From contig JADHWN010000001.1 of NCBI GenBank assembly GCA_016783455.1, positions 41,930 to 105,929 of the forward strand: 64,000 nt of DNA. The letters are read 5' to 3'. The position numbers were made by a program, and so were the translations under genes. Positions within the stretch are counted from its first letter, which is position 1. Each line of letters opens with the position of its first letter. The notes beneath the pieces were generated by a model, which saw only the letters and a list, made by a program, of their open reading frames with translations, was not told the DNA's origin and ran no database searches. This DNA comes from Candidatus Bathyarchaeota archaeon (GTDB lineage Archaea; Thermoproteota; Bathyarchaeia; TCS64). Of this stretch, positions 38,814 to 48,053 are shown one piece after another.

Positions 38814-39620
38814 TCATGCAGGCTTCACGGCCTTCACAGAGAACATCAGGGGCAGCTGGTAATTCTTTCTCTTGAACCTCCGGTAGCCGTCATCGTCCGT
38901 CTCCATGTTTGAGTAGATCTCGTCGACGCTGTACGGGTACTCCCTGAACTCCTTCAATGTCAGGCCAGCCCCGATGAGGGAGTTGATGATGCGGCTTATG
39001 GGGTGGGCCCATTCGTAGGTTCCCTTGTTCTCGATGAACGCGTCCCTGTCTGCGTAGCTTCCCTGGACCTCGTAGTAGGATGGCTCACGGTTGTGCCAGT
39101 AGCTATACCTCACTACCAGATCCTCGCCCTCCTGCTCGAAGACCCACATGAAGGGGTGGAACTCCGCCATGTAGAAAGTGCCTCCTGGCTTCAGGTAATG
39201 GGAGACGATCTCAGCCCAACCCTCGATGTCGTGGAGCCAGTTGATGACGCCGTAGCTGGTGTAGACGACGTCGAACTCTCCGTCGACGTGCTCGGGTAGG
39301 TCGTATATATTGGCGTGGATGAACTGGGCGGGGATCCTTAACTGCTCCGAGAGGTGCCTAGCCAGCTGTATGGCGTTCTCGGAGAAGTCGACGCCAGTGG
39401 CTTCGGCTCCCAGCCTCGCCCATGAGAGGGTGTCGAGGCCGAAGTGGCACTGGAGGTGGAGGAGGCTCTTCCCGGAGACATCGCCGAGGGCTTCCAGCTC
39501 TATATCGTGGAGGGAGCTCTCTCCGTCAAGGAATCCCTCCAGGTTGTAATGCCTAGACTTGGAGTGGATGTCCACGAGCTCGTTCCAGTACTTGAGGTTA
39601 GTCTTGTAGAACTTCTCCAT
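38814..39620 (-). CDS. Class I SAM-dependent methyltransferase (paralog of 21247)
   Basis: LLHLQCHFGLDT; start placed at MEKFY. Confidence 0.9.
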   Translation of the reverse strand: MEKFYKTNLKYWNELVDIHSKSRHYNLEGFLDGESSLHDIELEALGDVSGKSLLHLQCHFGLDTLSWARLGAEATGVDFSENAIQLARHLSEQLRIPAQFIHANIYDLPEHVDGEFDVVYTSYGVINWLHDIEGWAEIVSHYLKPGGTFYMAEFHPFMWVFEQEGEDLVVRYSYWHNREPSYYEVQGSYADRDAFIENKGTYEWAHPISRIINSLIGAGLTLKEFREYPYSVDEIYSNMETDDDGYRRFKRKNYQLPLMFSVKAVKPA

Positions 39621-39685
39621 GGGAATTGAGATGAGGGAGATGATACTAAAGGAATTTCCTGTAAAAAGGGGAAAAAGGGATGCGG

Positions 39686-40777
39686 TCACCAGAGACGGGG
39701 GCTCTTGAAGAGGGACTCACATCCGTCATCGGTGACGTAGACGTTCTCCTCGAAGCGGACACCGCCCAGGCCGGGGATATAGATGCCGGGCTCCACCGTG
39801 TGGACGTAGCCGACCCTCTCGACGTCGTTTGACCTCTTGGAGAGGCCGGGCTTCACGAAGCCGCTGACGGGGTGACCGAGGCTGTGGGGATAGTCCTCAT
39901 AGCCATGGTCGATGAGCACTCGCCTGCTCAGGGCGTCGAGCTCCTTGCAGCTCACGCCGGGCTTGATGGCGTCGAGCACGGCCTGCACCGACTTGTCCAT
40001 GGCCTCCAGCATGTGCTGCTTCTTGGGGTCGCTTCCGACTAGGAAGGTCCTGGAGATATCTGCCATATATCCATGCTTCACGGGACCCAGGTCTATTAGG
40101 ACCAGATCCCCATCCTCCACTACCCTGTCGCTGGGGGCGCCGTGGACGTGGGCTGAATCCGGCCCGCTGTTGACGATGCAGAAGCTCATGCCTTCGGCTC
40201 CAGCCTTCCTCATGGCGTAGACCGCCTCGGCAGCTAGCTCGCACTCGTTTATCCCGGGTTTCAGGTTGTCGTGGACGGCTTGAGTGCCTATGTCAGCCAG
40301 CGCCGAGGCCTTCCTCTGGTACTTGAGCTCCTCGGGATAGGGGCCGAAGAGGACCTCGGGGAGGATGGTGGGCTGGATGTCGACCACCTCGGCCTTGAAG
40401 CCCTCGTTGTAGAGCTGATACCTGCTGTGGGTGAGGCCGGAGGGGTTGCATCCTATCTTCTTGCCCGTCCCCAGGCAGTTGTTGACGAAGTCGATCACGG
40501 CCTGGTCGGGGGACGCTGTGCCTCTGTCATAGACAGCGACTGTGGAGTCGTCGGCGTCCCTGGCGTCCATGGATGAGCAGATGAGCGTGGGCTCAGCCCC
40601 CATGGGGACGACGAGGGCGCTGCCGACGGAGGTGTTCACGAGGCGTTTGAACATGTTTCCACCGGTCCTACCCGCCTTCAGGAGGCAGACGACGTCGATA
40701 CCGTGGGTGCCCATGTGCTCCCTCAACTGGGCGACCCTCCGGTTACAGAAATCCTCTAGAGTTGACATTTCAGACAC
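39686..40777 (-). CDS. M24 Xaa-Pro peptidase
   Basis: IDLG, ADISRT, HSLGH, EPGIY and GVRFEE. Confidence 0.9.
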   Translation of the reverse strand: MSEMSTLEDFCNRRVAQLREHMGTHGIDVVCLLKAGRTGGNMFKRLVNTSVGSALVVPMGAEPTLICSSMDARDADDSTVAVYDRGTASPDQAVIDFVNNCLGTGKKIGCNPSGLTHSRYQLYNEGFKAEVVDIQPTILPEVLFGPYPEELKYQRKASALADIGTQAVHDNLKPGINECELAAEAVYAMRKAGAEGMSFCIVNSGPDSAHVHGAPSDRVVEDGDLVLIDLGPVKHGYMADISRTFLVGSDPKKQHMLEAMDKSVQAVLDAIKPGVSCKELDALSRRVLIDHGYEDYPHSLGHPVSGFVKPGLSKRSNDVERVGYVHTVEPGIYIPGLGGVRFEENVYVTDDGCESLFKSPRLW

Positions 40778-40835
40778 CTATTGACCTGAAAATATATTAT
40801 GCCTTACGATGGGACCCGATCTCTCCATCATCGCC

Positions 40836-40857
40836 TTTGACAAGAGGATTTGTCAAA
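40836..40857. promoter_or_regulatory. Palindromic operator candidate
   Basis: TTTGACAA-N6-TTGTCAAA between the divergent peptidase and wHTH genes. Confidence 0.5.
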
Positions 40858-40911
40858 ACTGATGGTTCAAAAACGGTTATTTAGCTCGCGGAGAGTTGGA
40901 AACCGGGTGAA

Positions 40912-41619
40912 ATGAGCGAGAACAGTGGTCTCGGTGATGAGATCGAGGACGTAATCATGCAGGCCTTGACCCATCGCGAGAGGCGTAACATACTGAAGAT
41001 CATCGACCATTCCAATGGTGGTGTGATCTACAGTGGGATCCTGGGAGAGACGGGGCTCTCCACGGGGAGGCTCAACTACCACCTTAAGGAGCTTGAGGGC
41101 TTCATCGAGAAGGATGAGGAGAGGAGGTATCAGCTCACCTCCCTGGGGAAGAAGGCCGTCAGGCTCATGCGGGGCATCCGGGACGACCTGGATGATAGCT
41201 ACGAGGGCTACGTCTCGGTAGCAAAGGCCAGTAGAAGGACGTTCATCAATCGAAATCTGGACCGAGCGTTCTACGTGATAGCCGTCCTCCTGCTGATCGG
41301 TCCCCTCATCACAGTCTGGCTCTACACGGTGAACCCTCAAACTTGGTGGATTGGAGGGCTCACGTGGACGTTCTACCTCATCCTTGTCTACCTCATGGAC
41401 CGGGTACGTAAAGGGTCCCCAAAGTATCTCCTTGGGTTCATAAACTGGCTGGAGTGGAGGCTCTACGGAGATGGTAAAAAGGGGGAACGTAAAGTCAGCT
41501 TCCCAGGGTCCAGGCTCGTTATCGGATTACTCGTTGGATTAGCCATCGGGGCTATTTTCGACAAGACTGGAGCTGGTCTGCTCCTCGGCCTTTTCATCGG
41601 GGCTGCTTTGGAGATCTGA
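40912..41619 (+). CDS. wHTH regulator with C-terminal TM segments
   Basis: ALTHRERRNIL and GRLNYHLKEL, followed by hydrophobic helices. Confidence 0.8.
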   Translation: MSENSGLGDEIEDVIMQALTHRERRNILKIIDHSNGGVIYSGILGETGLSTGRLNYHLKELEGFIEKDEERRYQLTSLGKKAVRLMRGIRDDLDDSYEGYVSVAKASRRTFINRNLDRAFYVIAVLLLIGPLITVWLYTVNPQTWWIGGLTWTFYLILVYLMDRVRKGSPKYLLGFINWLEWRLYGDGKKGERKVSFPGSRLVIGLLVGLAIGAIFDKTGAGLLLGLFIGAALEI

Positions 41620-41685
41620 GTCGAAAGATGAGAATTAAAAAATCCCCACAGGACATTATGATTATACAGTGTTGGAGGGAGTACA

Positions 41686-43263
41686 TTGGCTGAGACGGGG
41701 GGAGTAAAGTCCAATAGAAAGATAATCATCGTCGCAGTCGTAATCATCGTTTCCTCAATTGGGCTGTACCTATGGTACAACTGGGGTAGTGCAGTCAAGT
41801 ATGAGGTGTACGACAGGTTTGGGTTCTCCTTTGACTACCCCAAGGGGATGGAGTTTTCAGAGACTGGTTTTGGTGACTGGAGCCTCGCTTCAGTGAATTC
41901 GGGCGTTGTTCAAGGGATGTTAATGGGGGAAAGCCCAGAGTTGATTGGCGTCATCTGGTTCCACAATGAGTCTGCGCCGGTTTTTGAAGATTTTCTCGAT
42001 AGGGCCTTCACGGAGCTGGGTGAGGGGACCGAGGTCGATGAGAGGAATGAGTTGGTAACTTCAACTAAGGATGGCTACGATATGCTGACGCAGACGTTCA
42101 CACTATACATCGGAGACGACAAGACGATCGGCAAGGTGGGGACCTGGTACGACTCCGGGGCTCAAAGGTCCTACATGGTTTTCCACATCAGGGCCTCGAC
42201 GTTACCAGAGAAGAGGATGGAGACGGAATTCAACAAGCTTCTGGGATCTTTCGAAAGCTCCTACGAGGCTCTGTTGAAGATAACTCTGGAATCCTACTGG
42301 CCGACAGATGAATGGCGGACAGCGGTTCCAGAGGATGTAGGTATCTACTCAGGGCCTCTAGACGACATGCTTGAGGAGATCAGTAGAAGAGGCATCGGCG
42401 TAGATAGCGTCACCGTGGTAAGGGACGGATACGTCGTTCTCGACGAGTACTTCTCACCCTACGAAGGAGAGCCGCATATAATCTACTCGTGCACTAAGAG
42501 CGTGGTCTCGACCCTCATCGGCATCGCCATCGAGGAGGGGTACATTGAAGACCTCGACGTGAGGATGCTTGACCTCTTCCCGGACAGGACGGCGGGCAGC
42601 ATGAGCGCATGGAAGGAGGAGATGACCCTCAGGGACCTCCTCACCATGACGGCGGGCTTCAATGCCCGTGACTCATACCTCTACGAGTGGGAGGGACTGT
42701 ACACCATGCATGACAGCACGGACGCCCTCCAGTACGTCCTGGACCTCCCTGTTATCGAGGAGCCGGGAACCCGGTTCGAGTACACCAACGGCGTCTCCCA
42801 CCTCCTATCGTGCATCATCACCGAGAAGACAGGTATGAGCGCCCTGGAGTACGGCAGGGAACGCCTGTTCGAGCCCCTGGGCATCCACGATGTGGAATGG
42901 CACAACGACTCCATAGGGAGGAACTGGGGCTACAGCCGGATCTACATCACCCCCCACGACATGGCGAAGCTCGGCTACCTCTTCCTCAACAAGGGTCAAT
43001 GGGATGGAACCCAGATCGTGCCAGGGGAGTGGGTTGAGGAGGCCACCACCAAGCACGTGGACGCGACGATCATGGACGGGTACGGCTACCAGTGGTGGGT
43101 CAGCGGAGAGGGATACTACTCAGCGGTGGGCCACAAGGGGCAGTTCATCCACGTCGTCCCAGACCTCGACCTCGTGGCGGTCTTCACCAGCCGAAATGAA
43201 GTGGACTTCGATAGAATACTATCTCTACTGGAGACCTACGTCATACCCGCTGTCGTCCCCTAA
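41686..43263 (+). CDS. Membrane-anchored serine hydrolase (beta-lactamase class C-like)
   Basis: N-terminal TM; SCTK, LLTMTAG, FEYTN and YGYQWW. Confidence 0.85.
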   Translation: MAETGGVKSNRKIIIVAVVIIVSSIGLYLWYNWGSAVKYEVYDRFGFSFDYPKGMEFSETGFGDWSLASVNSGVVQGMLMGESPELIGVIWFHNESAPVFEDFLDRAFTELGEGTEVDERNELVTSTKDGYDMLTQTFTLYIGDDKTIGKVGTWYDSGAQRSYMVFHIRASTLPEKRMETEFNKLLGSFESSYEALLKITLESYWPTDEWRTAVPEDVGIYSGPLDDMLEEISRRGIGVDSVTVVRDGYVVLDEYFSPYEGEPHIIYSCTKSVVSTLIGIAIEEGYIEDLDVRMLDLFPDRTAGSMSAWKEEMTLRDLLTMTAGFNARDSYLYEWEGLYTMHDSTDALQYVLDLPVIEEPGTRFEYTNGVSHLLSCIITEKTGMSALEYGRERLFEPLGIHDVEWHNDSIGRNWGYSRIYITPHDMAKLGYLFLNKGQWDGTQIVPGEWVEEATTKHVDATIMDGYGYQWWVSGEGYYSAVGHKGQFIHVVPDLDLVAVFTSRNEVDFDRILSLLETYVIPAVVP

Positions 43264-43313
43264 CCGCAGGTCCGAGAATCACAGTGGCATACAGAAACAC
43301 ACGTGTACGTGAA

Positions 43314-43339
43314 AGGGGGGGAGGGGGGGTCATGCATCC
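43314..43339. repeat. G-string motif AG7AG7TCATGCATCC (copy 2)
   Basis: Near-identical to 31208-31233. Confidence 0.75.
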
Positions 43340-43459
43340 AAGCGTGAATAACCACCCAACCGAGAAAAGGACGCTGAAAACGACTCCAGACGAGTCAGAT
43401 TCAGCATAAAAACGTGATGATAAGGCCTGAATACAGGGTAAAACCAGGTGGGCGGACGC

Positions 43460-43638
43460 CCCTGTCCCTCTGGGCAAACCCACGGCCTCACAGATAGGAC
43501 AACGCCCCCCTCAGCCGAGCTCTCTCATCCCAGAGGATTCCGACGCCCGCCCTGCCCACCTGTGCCATGTCTGGGTAACCCCGAATCACAGGCAGCCCTC
43601 CCCGAGGTCCGTCTGCATGGTGCGTCGCCTGGCGGGCA
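43460..43638 (-). ncRNA. Two-hairpin H/ACA pseudouridylation guide RNA
   Basis: Two hairpins, each with a GA/UGUGA K-turn and followed by ACA (43561-43563; 43463-43465); pocket strands complementary to conserved LSU rRNA; AAAGGTTAAG promoter-like box about 25-35 nt upstream. Confidence 0.7.
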
Positions 43639-43745
43639 CATAAACAGGAACAGGCAGCCACACTTAACCTTTACAGATGGCGTAGGCAACACAACGGGCG
43701 ACAGACGGGAACCCTCAGGGAGGCAACTACACGGAGATGGAGGCC

Positions 43746-43976
43746 TCACCGCAACCTCAATTCGCCCAGGAGCCCCCGCTTATACAGGATGTAACCCACC
43801 ACAGCGACCACAAGGATCACCATCATCGGCAGGACGACCTCAGAGAACACAGCTGGATCAGCCAGATCCCTCCCGGCAACCGCTGAGATGACGAAGACTA
43901 CTGCGACCGCAACATAGAACAGCTTCTCACGATTCTCCAAGGGCAACACTCGACTACCTAAGGAGCAGAAGCCCAC
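43746..43976 (-). CDS. Small two-TM membrane protein
   Basis: Two hydrophobic helices. Confidence 0.5.
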   Translation of the reverse strand: MGFCSLGSRVLPLENREKLFYVAVAVVFVISAVAGRDLADPAVFSEVVLPMMVILVVAVVGYILYKRGLLGELRLR

Positions 43977-44180
43977 CTAAAACACTTATTTCACTGCCAG
44001 ATGCAGCCTACTACTGATAATAAAATACGTAAATCAGAAGCCCCGGAGACCATTAACTTCGACCTATACCTAAAACCATTCATATAGTGGATTTTCGCGC
44101 AAAGACAGCGCATACCGAGCGTCAAGAAGGGCATTAATCCCCCACATATCAATGAATTTTAAATATTTCATCAACAATGT

Positions 44181-46718
44181 ATGTCCATGCCATCTGAAAT
44201 AAAATCGCCCGAGGAATTTTTCGGGCACAAGATGGGCGCAGACCGGAAACTGGTCCGCTGGGAGAAAATAGTCGAATACTTCTGGCACCTGGACAACTCA
44301 CCGTGCGTAAAGGTAACCGACCTGGGCAAGTCCACCGAGGGCAACCCATTCCTCCTCGCGGTCATCTCGTCCCCCGAGAACATCAAGAACCTAAACAAGA
44401 TACGGGATATGAGCTACAACGTAGCCCATCCCCAAGGGCTGAGCAATAGACAGCTCGACAGGATATACAAGGACGGGAAGACCGTGGTCTCAATGACCAT
44501 GAGCATCCACGCCTCCGAGGTCGGCGGCACACAGATGTCCCCCGAGCTCTGCTACGAGGTCGCCACGAGCCCCGAGCACGAGGAGATCCGGCAGAACACC
44601 GTGCTCCTGGCATTCCCCAGCTTCAATCCCGACGGCCAGATAATGGTCACCGACTGGTACAACGAGCATCTGGACACCGAGTACGAGGGAACGGGGACAC
44701 CGTTCCTCTACCACAAGTACGTGGGCCACGACAACAACAGGGACGCCATCCACCTCACCCAGGTGGAGTCCCAGATGGTCTCCAAGGTCATGTACGGTGA
44801 GTGGTACCCCCAGGCATACATCGACCACCACCACATGGGAGGCACAGGCGCCCGATTCTACATACCGCCGTTCGCCAACCCCGTAGACCCCAACGTCGAC
44901 CCCCTCATCTGGACGGAGCAGCAGCTCTACGGCGCCATGATGGCCACCATGCTGGAGGGCGCCGGCAAGACGGGCATCGAATCCGCAGCTACGTATCCGG
45001 GCGAGTTCATGCCCACATTCAACTACATCCCATGCTGGCACAACATCTGCGGGATGCTCACCGAGTCGGCATCTGCAAGGATAGCCACCCCCAGCTACGT
45101 CCACTACCACCAGTTGAGGCCGAGCAGGCGCGGCCGCCCAGAGTACAGGACCCAGATGGGCTTCCCCCACCCCTGGAAGGGGGGCTGGTGGAGGCTTAGG
45201 GACATCGTGGAGCAGCAGAAGATCTCATCCCTAGCCTGCCTGAAGGTCACCTCGAGCAACAGGGAGATGATCCTCAGGAACATGTACAAGAAGGCGAGTA
45301 GGGGCATAGAGAAGGGCAAGACCGAGGCGCCCTACGCATTCATCTTCAAGCCTGAGCAGCACGACGAGCTCAGCACGTACAAGCTCATGAAGACCCTCAT
45401 GGACATGGACATCAGGGTGAGCCGCAGCAAGCGTGAGTTCAAGGCCGAGGGAGTGACGTACCCCAGGGGCACGTACGCCGTCTTCGCCGCCCAGCCGATC
45501 AGGCCCTACATCATGTCCCTCCTCAGGAGGACGTTCTACCACGCAGGACCCTTCAGCTACGACAGCAACGGCAACCCCATCTCCCCCTACGACCTCTGCA
45601 CCTACAATATCGCCGAGTTCATGGGCATCGACCTCCACGAGGTGAAGGGCCCTTTCGAGGGAGAGTTCGAGGAGCTCCCGTCGGTCAGGTACCCCAGGGG
45701 CTCCGTCGAGGGCAGCCCCAAGGGATACATCCTCGACTGCAGGTACAACGACAGCTTCGCCGCCGTCAGCAGGCTGCTAAGGAGGGACACCGATGTCCAT
45801 AGGACCACCGAGCCGATCGAGGTAAACGGTGAGACCATCGGAAAAGGCGCATTCTACATCCCCGCAGCCGACGGCATAGAGGATGCTATAACCAGGCTCT
45901 CCAAGCAGCTCCATCTGACATTCCTACCAGCGCCCTCTGAAAACTTCAAGCATGAGCCCGTCAAGATGCTGAGGGTGGGCATGTACTACAGGTACAGGGG
46001 GGGTAACATGGACGAGGGCTGGACACGATGGCTCCTCGAAAAGTACAGGTTCAGGTACAAGAGGCTCCTGGACGCCGACGTCAAGAGGGGTAGGCTAGTC
46101 AACAAGTACGATGTCATCATCCTCCCGAGCGACAGCAAGGAGATGATCACAGGTGAAGGGATCGAGGAGTACTACAAGAAACGCTTCGGGTCTGGACGGT
46201 CGCCACCCAAATACCCCAAAGAGTACGAGAGCGGCATCGGCAAGGAGGGCGTCGAAAAGCTGAAGGAGTTCGTTGAAGAGGGCGGGACCCTGGTGGCCCT
46301 CGGAGCCGCCTCCGCATTCGCCATCGAGGCCCTGGAGCTGCCTGTCAAGAACGTGCTGCAGGACCTTAAATCCAAGGACTTCCTCTGCCCGGGCTCATCG
46401 CTCCACGTCGACGTAAACAGGGAGAACTCGCTGACGGACGGCGTAAAGGACGACCTGCTGATAATATTCAGGAACAACCCCGCGTTTGAAGTGGTGCCCA
46501 GCGCCAAGAACGAGGAGATGCAGGTAGTCCTCTCCTATCCTGATAAGAGGATCATGGAGAGCGGCTGGCTCATCGGGGAGGAGTACCTCAGTAGGAAGGC
46601 GGCCCTCATCGACGCCAAGAAGGGGAAGGGCAGGGCGGTCCTGTTCGGCTTCTCGCCCCAGTTCAGGGCGCAGACCGACGCCACGTTCAAGCTCTTCTTC
46701 AACTGCCTCATCGGCTGA
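44181..46718 (+). CDS. Large M14 zinc carboxypeptidase
   Basis: SIHASE, NPDG, HDNNRD and DHHHMG; C-terminal GATase-like domain. Confidence 0.9.
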   Translation: MSMPSEIKSPEEFFGHKMGADRKLVRWEKIVEYFWHLDNSPCVKVTDLGKSTEGNPFLLAVISSPENIKNLNKIRDMSYNVAHPQGLSNRQLDRIYKDGKTVVSMTMSIHASEVGGTQMSPELCYEVATSPEHEEIRQNTVLLAFPSFNPDGQIMVTDWYNEHLDTEYEGTGTPFLYHKYVGHDNNRDAIHLTQVESQMVSKVMYGEWYPQAYIDHHHMGGTGARFYIPPFANPVDPNVDPLIWTEQQLYGAMMATMLEGAGKTGIESAATYPGEFMPTFNYIPCWHNICGMLTESASARIATPSYVHYHQLRPSRRGRPEYRTQMGFPHPWKGGWWRLRDIVEQQKISSLACLKVTSSNREMILRNMYKKASRGIEKGKTEAPYAFIFKPEQHDELSTYKLMKTLMDMDIRVSRSKREFKAEGVTYPRGTYAVFAAQPIRPYIMSLLRRTFYHAGPFSYDSNGNPISPYDLCTYNIAEFMGIDLHEVKGPFEGEFEELPSVRYPRGSVEGSPKGYILDCRYNDSFAAVSRLLRRDTDVHRTTEPIEVNGETIGKGAFYIPAADGIEDAITRLSKQLHLTFLPAPSENFKHEPVKMLRVGMYYRYRGGNMDEGWTRWLLEKYRFRYKRLLDADVKRGRLVNKYDVIILPSDSKEMITGEGIEEYYKKRFGSGRSPPKYPKEYESGIGKEGVEKLKEFVEEGGTLVALGAASAFAIEALELPVKNVLQDLKSKDFLCPGSSLHVDVNRENSLTDGVKDDLLIIFRNNPAFEVVPSAKNEEMQVVLSYPDKRIMESGWLIGEEYLSRKAALIDAKKGKGRAVLFGFSPQFRAQTDATFKLFFNCLIG

Positions 46719-46821
46719 CCCCAACCTTTCTATATATTTTTTCTTAACAGTCAATACTAGTTTATAGAATCGAAGGGATTTTATATTCAAGCAATGTAGC
46801 TAAAGAGAATCGTGATCAAAG

Positions 46822-48018
46822 ATGCCAGTTGAAAGATTCGCCAAGAATGAATTGATACCCTCTCTCCAGGCTCGCATGGGCGGAGGGACCCGAGCGAGGA
46901 TGGGCCCCATGGAGGGCATGATCAACCTGGGCGCGGGGGACCCCGACTTCAACCAGCCCGAGTTCATCAACAAGGCCGTCTACGAAGCCATGAAGGAGGG
47001 CTACACTCACTACTCCTTCGGCGGCGACCCCGAGTTCAAGCAGGCCATCGCCAGCTACTACAAGAAATACGGAGTGGACGTCGATCCTAACACCCAGATA
47101 GTGATCGAGTCCGGTGGCAGTCAGGCCATATTCAGGTCCTTCGGGGCCATCCTGAACCCGGGGGAGGAGATCCTCATTATGGACCCTGCCTACGGAGGCT
47201 ACAGGGGACCGGCCGCCTACTTCGGCGCGACGATGACCAGGGCCAAGCTGACCAAGGGGAAGGACGGCCTCTTCAGGCCTGACATGGACAACATCAGGGC
47301 CGCCATCACCGACAAGACCAAGGCTATGCTCATCTGCAATCCCGACAACCCCTGTGGGACCGTCTACACGGAGAAGGAGCTCAAGGGGCTGGCCGAGGTC
47401 GCCGTTGAGAAGGACATCGTCCTAATCGCGGACGAGATCTACACGGAGTTCACGTGGGGCGACAGCGTGCACAGGCCCATAATCAACCTGCCGGGAATGG
47501 AGGAGAGGACCATGGTGCTCATGAGCTTCTCCAAGACCTTCGCCTGGACGGGCTGCAGGGCGGGTTACATCATCGCGGGCCCCGAGCTAATGAGGGTGGT
47601 CAACGCCGTGCCCACGGGGATCTGCTCGATGCCCGTGGCCTTCCAGAGGGCGGGGATCAAGGCCCTCAACGAGGGCTGGGACTTCGTCGATGAGATGAAG
47701 GCAGAGTACAAGAAGCGCATCGACTTCATGGCGCCACGTCTGTCCGAGATAGAGGGCATAACCTGCCCCTACCCCGAGGGCGCATTCTACCTCTTCCCCG
47801 ACATCTCTGAGCTGGGGGTGCCCTCAGCCAAGTTCTCCCAAGACCTCTTCGTAAAAGAGAAAGTGCGCTGCGCATCCGGCAGCGGGTACGGCGAGAACGG
47901 TGAGGGACACATCAGGTTCGCCCTAGTGAGGCCGGTTGAGGACCTGGCAGAGGCCTGCGACCGCATCGAGAAGTTCGTCAAAAGCCTCCCACCCAAAGCC
48001 CCAAGCGCCTACCCCTAA
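46822..48018 (+). CDS. Class I/II PLP aminotransferase
   Basis: CNPDNPCG, ADEIY and SFSKTFAWTGCRAG. Confidence 0.9.
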   Translation: MPVERFAKNELIPSLQARMGGGTRARMGPMEGMINLGAGDPDFNQPEFINKAVYEAMKEGYTHYSFGGDPEFKQAIASYYKKYGVDVDPNTQIVIESGGSQAIFRSFGAILNPGEEILIMDPAYGGYRGPAAYFGATMTRAKLTKGKDGLFRPDMDNIRAAITDKTKAMLICNPDNPCGTVYTEKELKGLAEVAVEKDIVLIADEIYTEFTWGDSVHRPIINLPGMEERTMVLMSFSKTFAWTGCRAGYIIAGPELMRVVNAVPTGICSMPVAFQRAGIKALNEGWDFVDEMKAEYKKRIDFMAPRLSEIEGITCPYPEGAFYLFPDISELGVPSAKFSQDLFVKEKVRCASGSGYGENGEGHIRFALVRPVEDLAEACDRIEKFVKSLPPKAPSAYP

Positions 48019-48053
48019 ACTCTCCATTTCCTTTTTTATCCATTATAGCGAGT

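Noticed and set aside
43440-43745. RNase P RNA or a second SRP RNA
   Set aside because: No GAGGAAAGUCC or AACAGAA..GCUUA motif and no SRP helix 8 on either strand. The H/ACA model fits better, and the ORF 43448-43891 is probably spurious.
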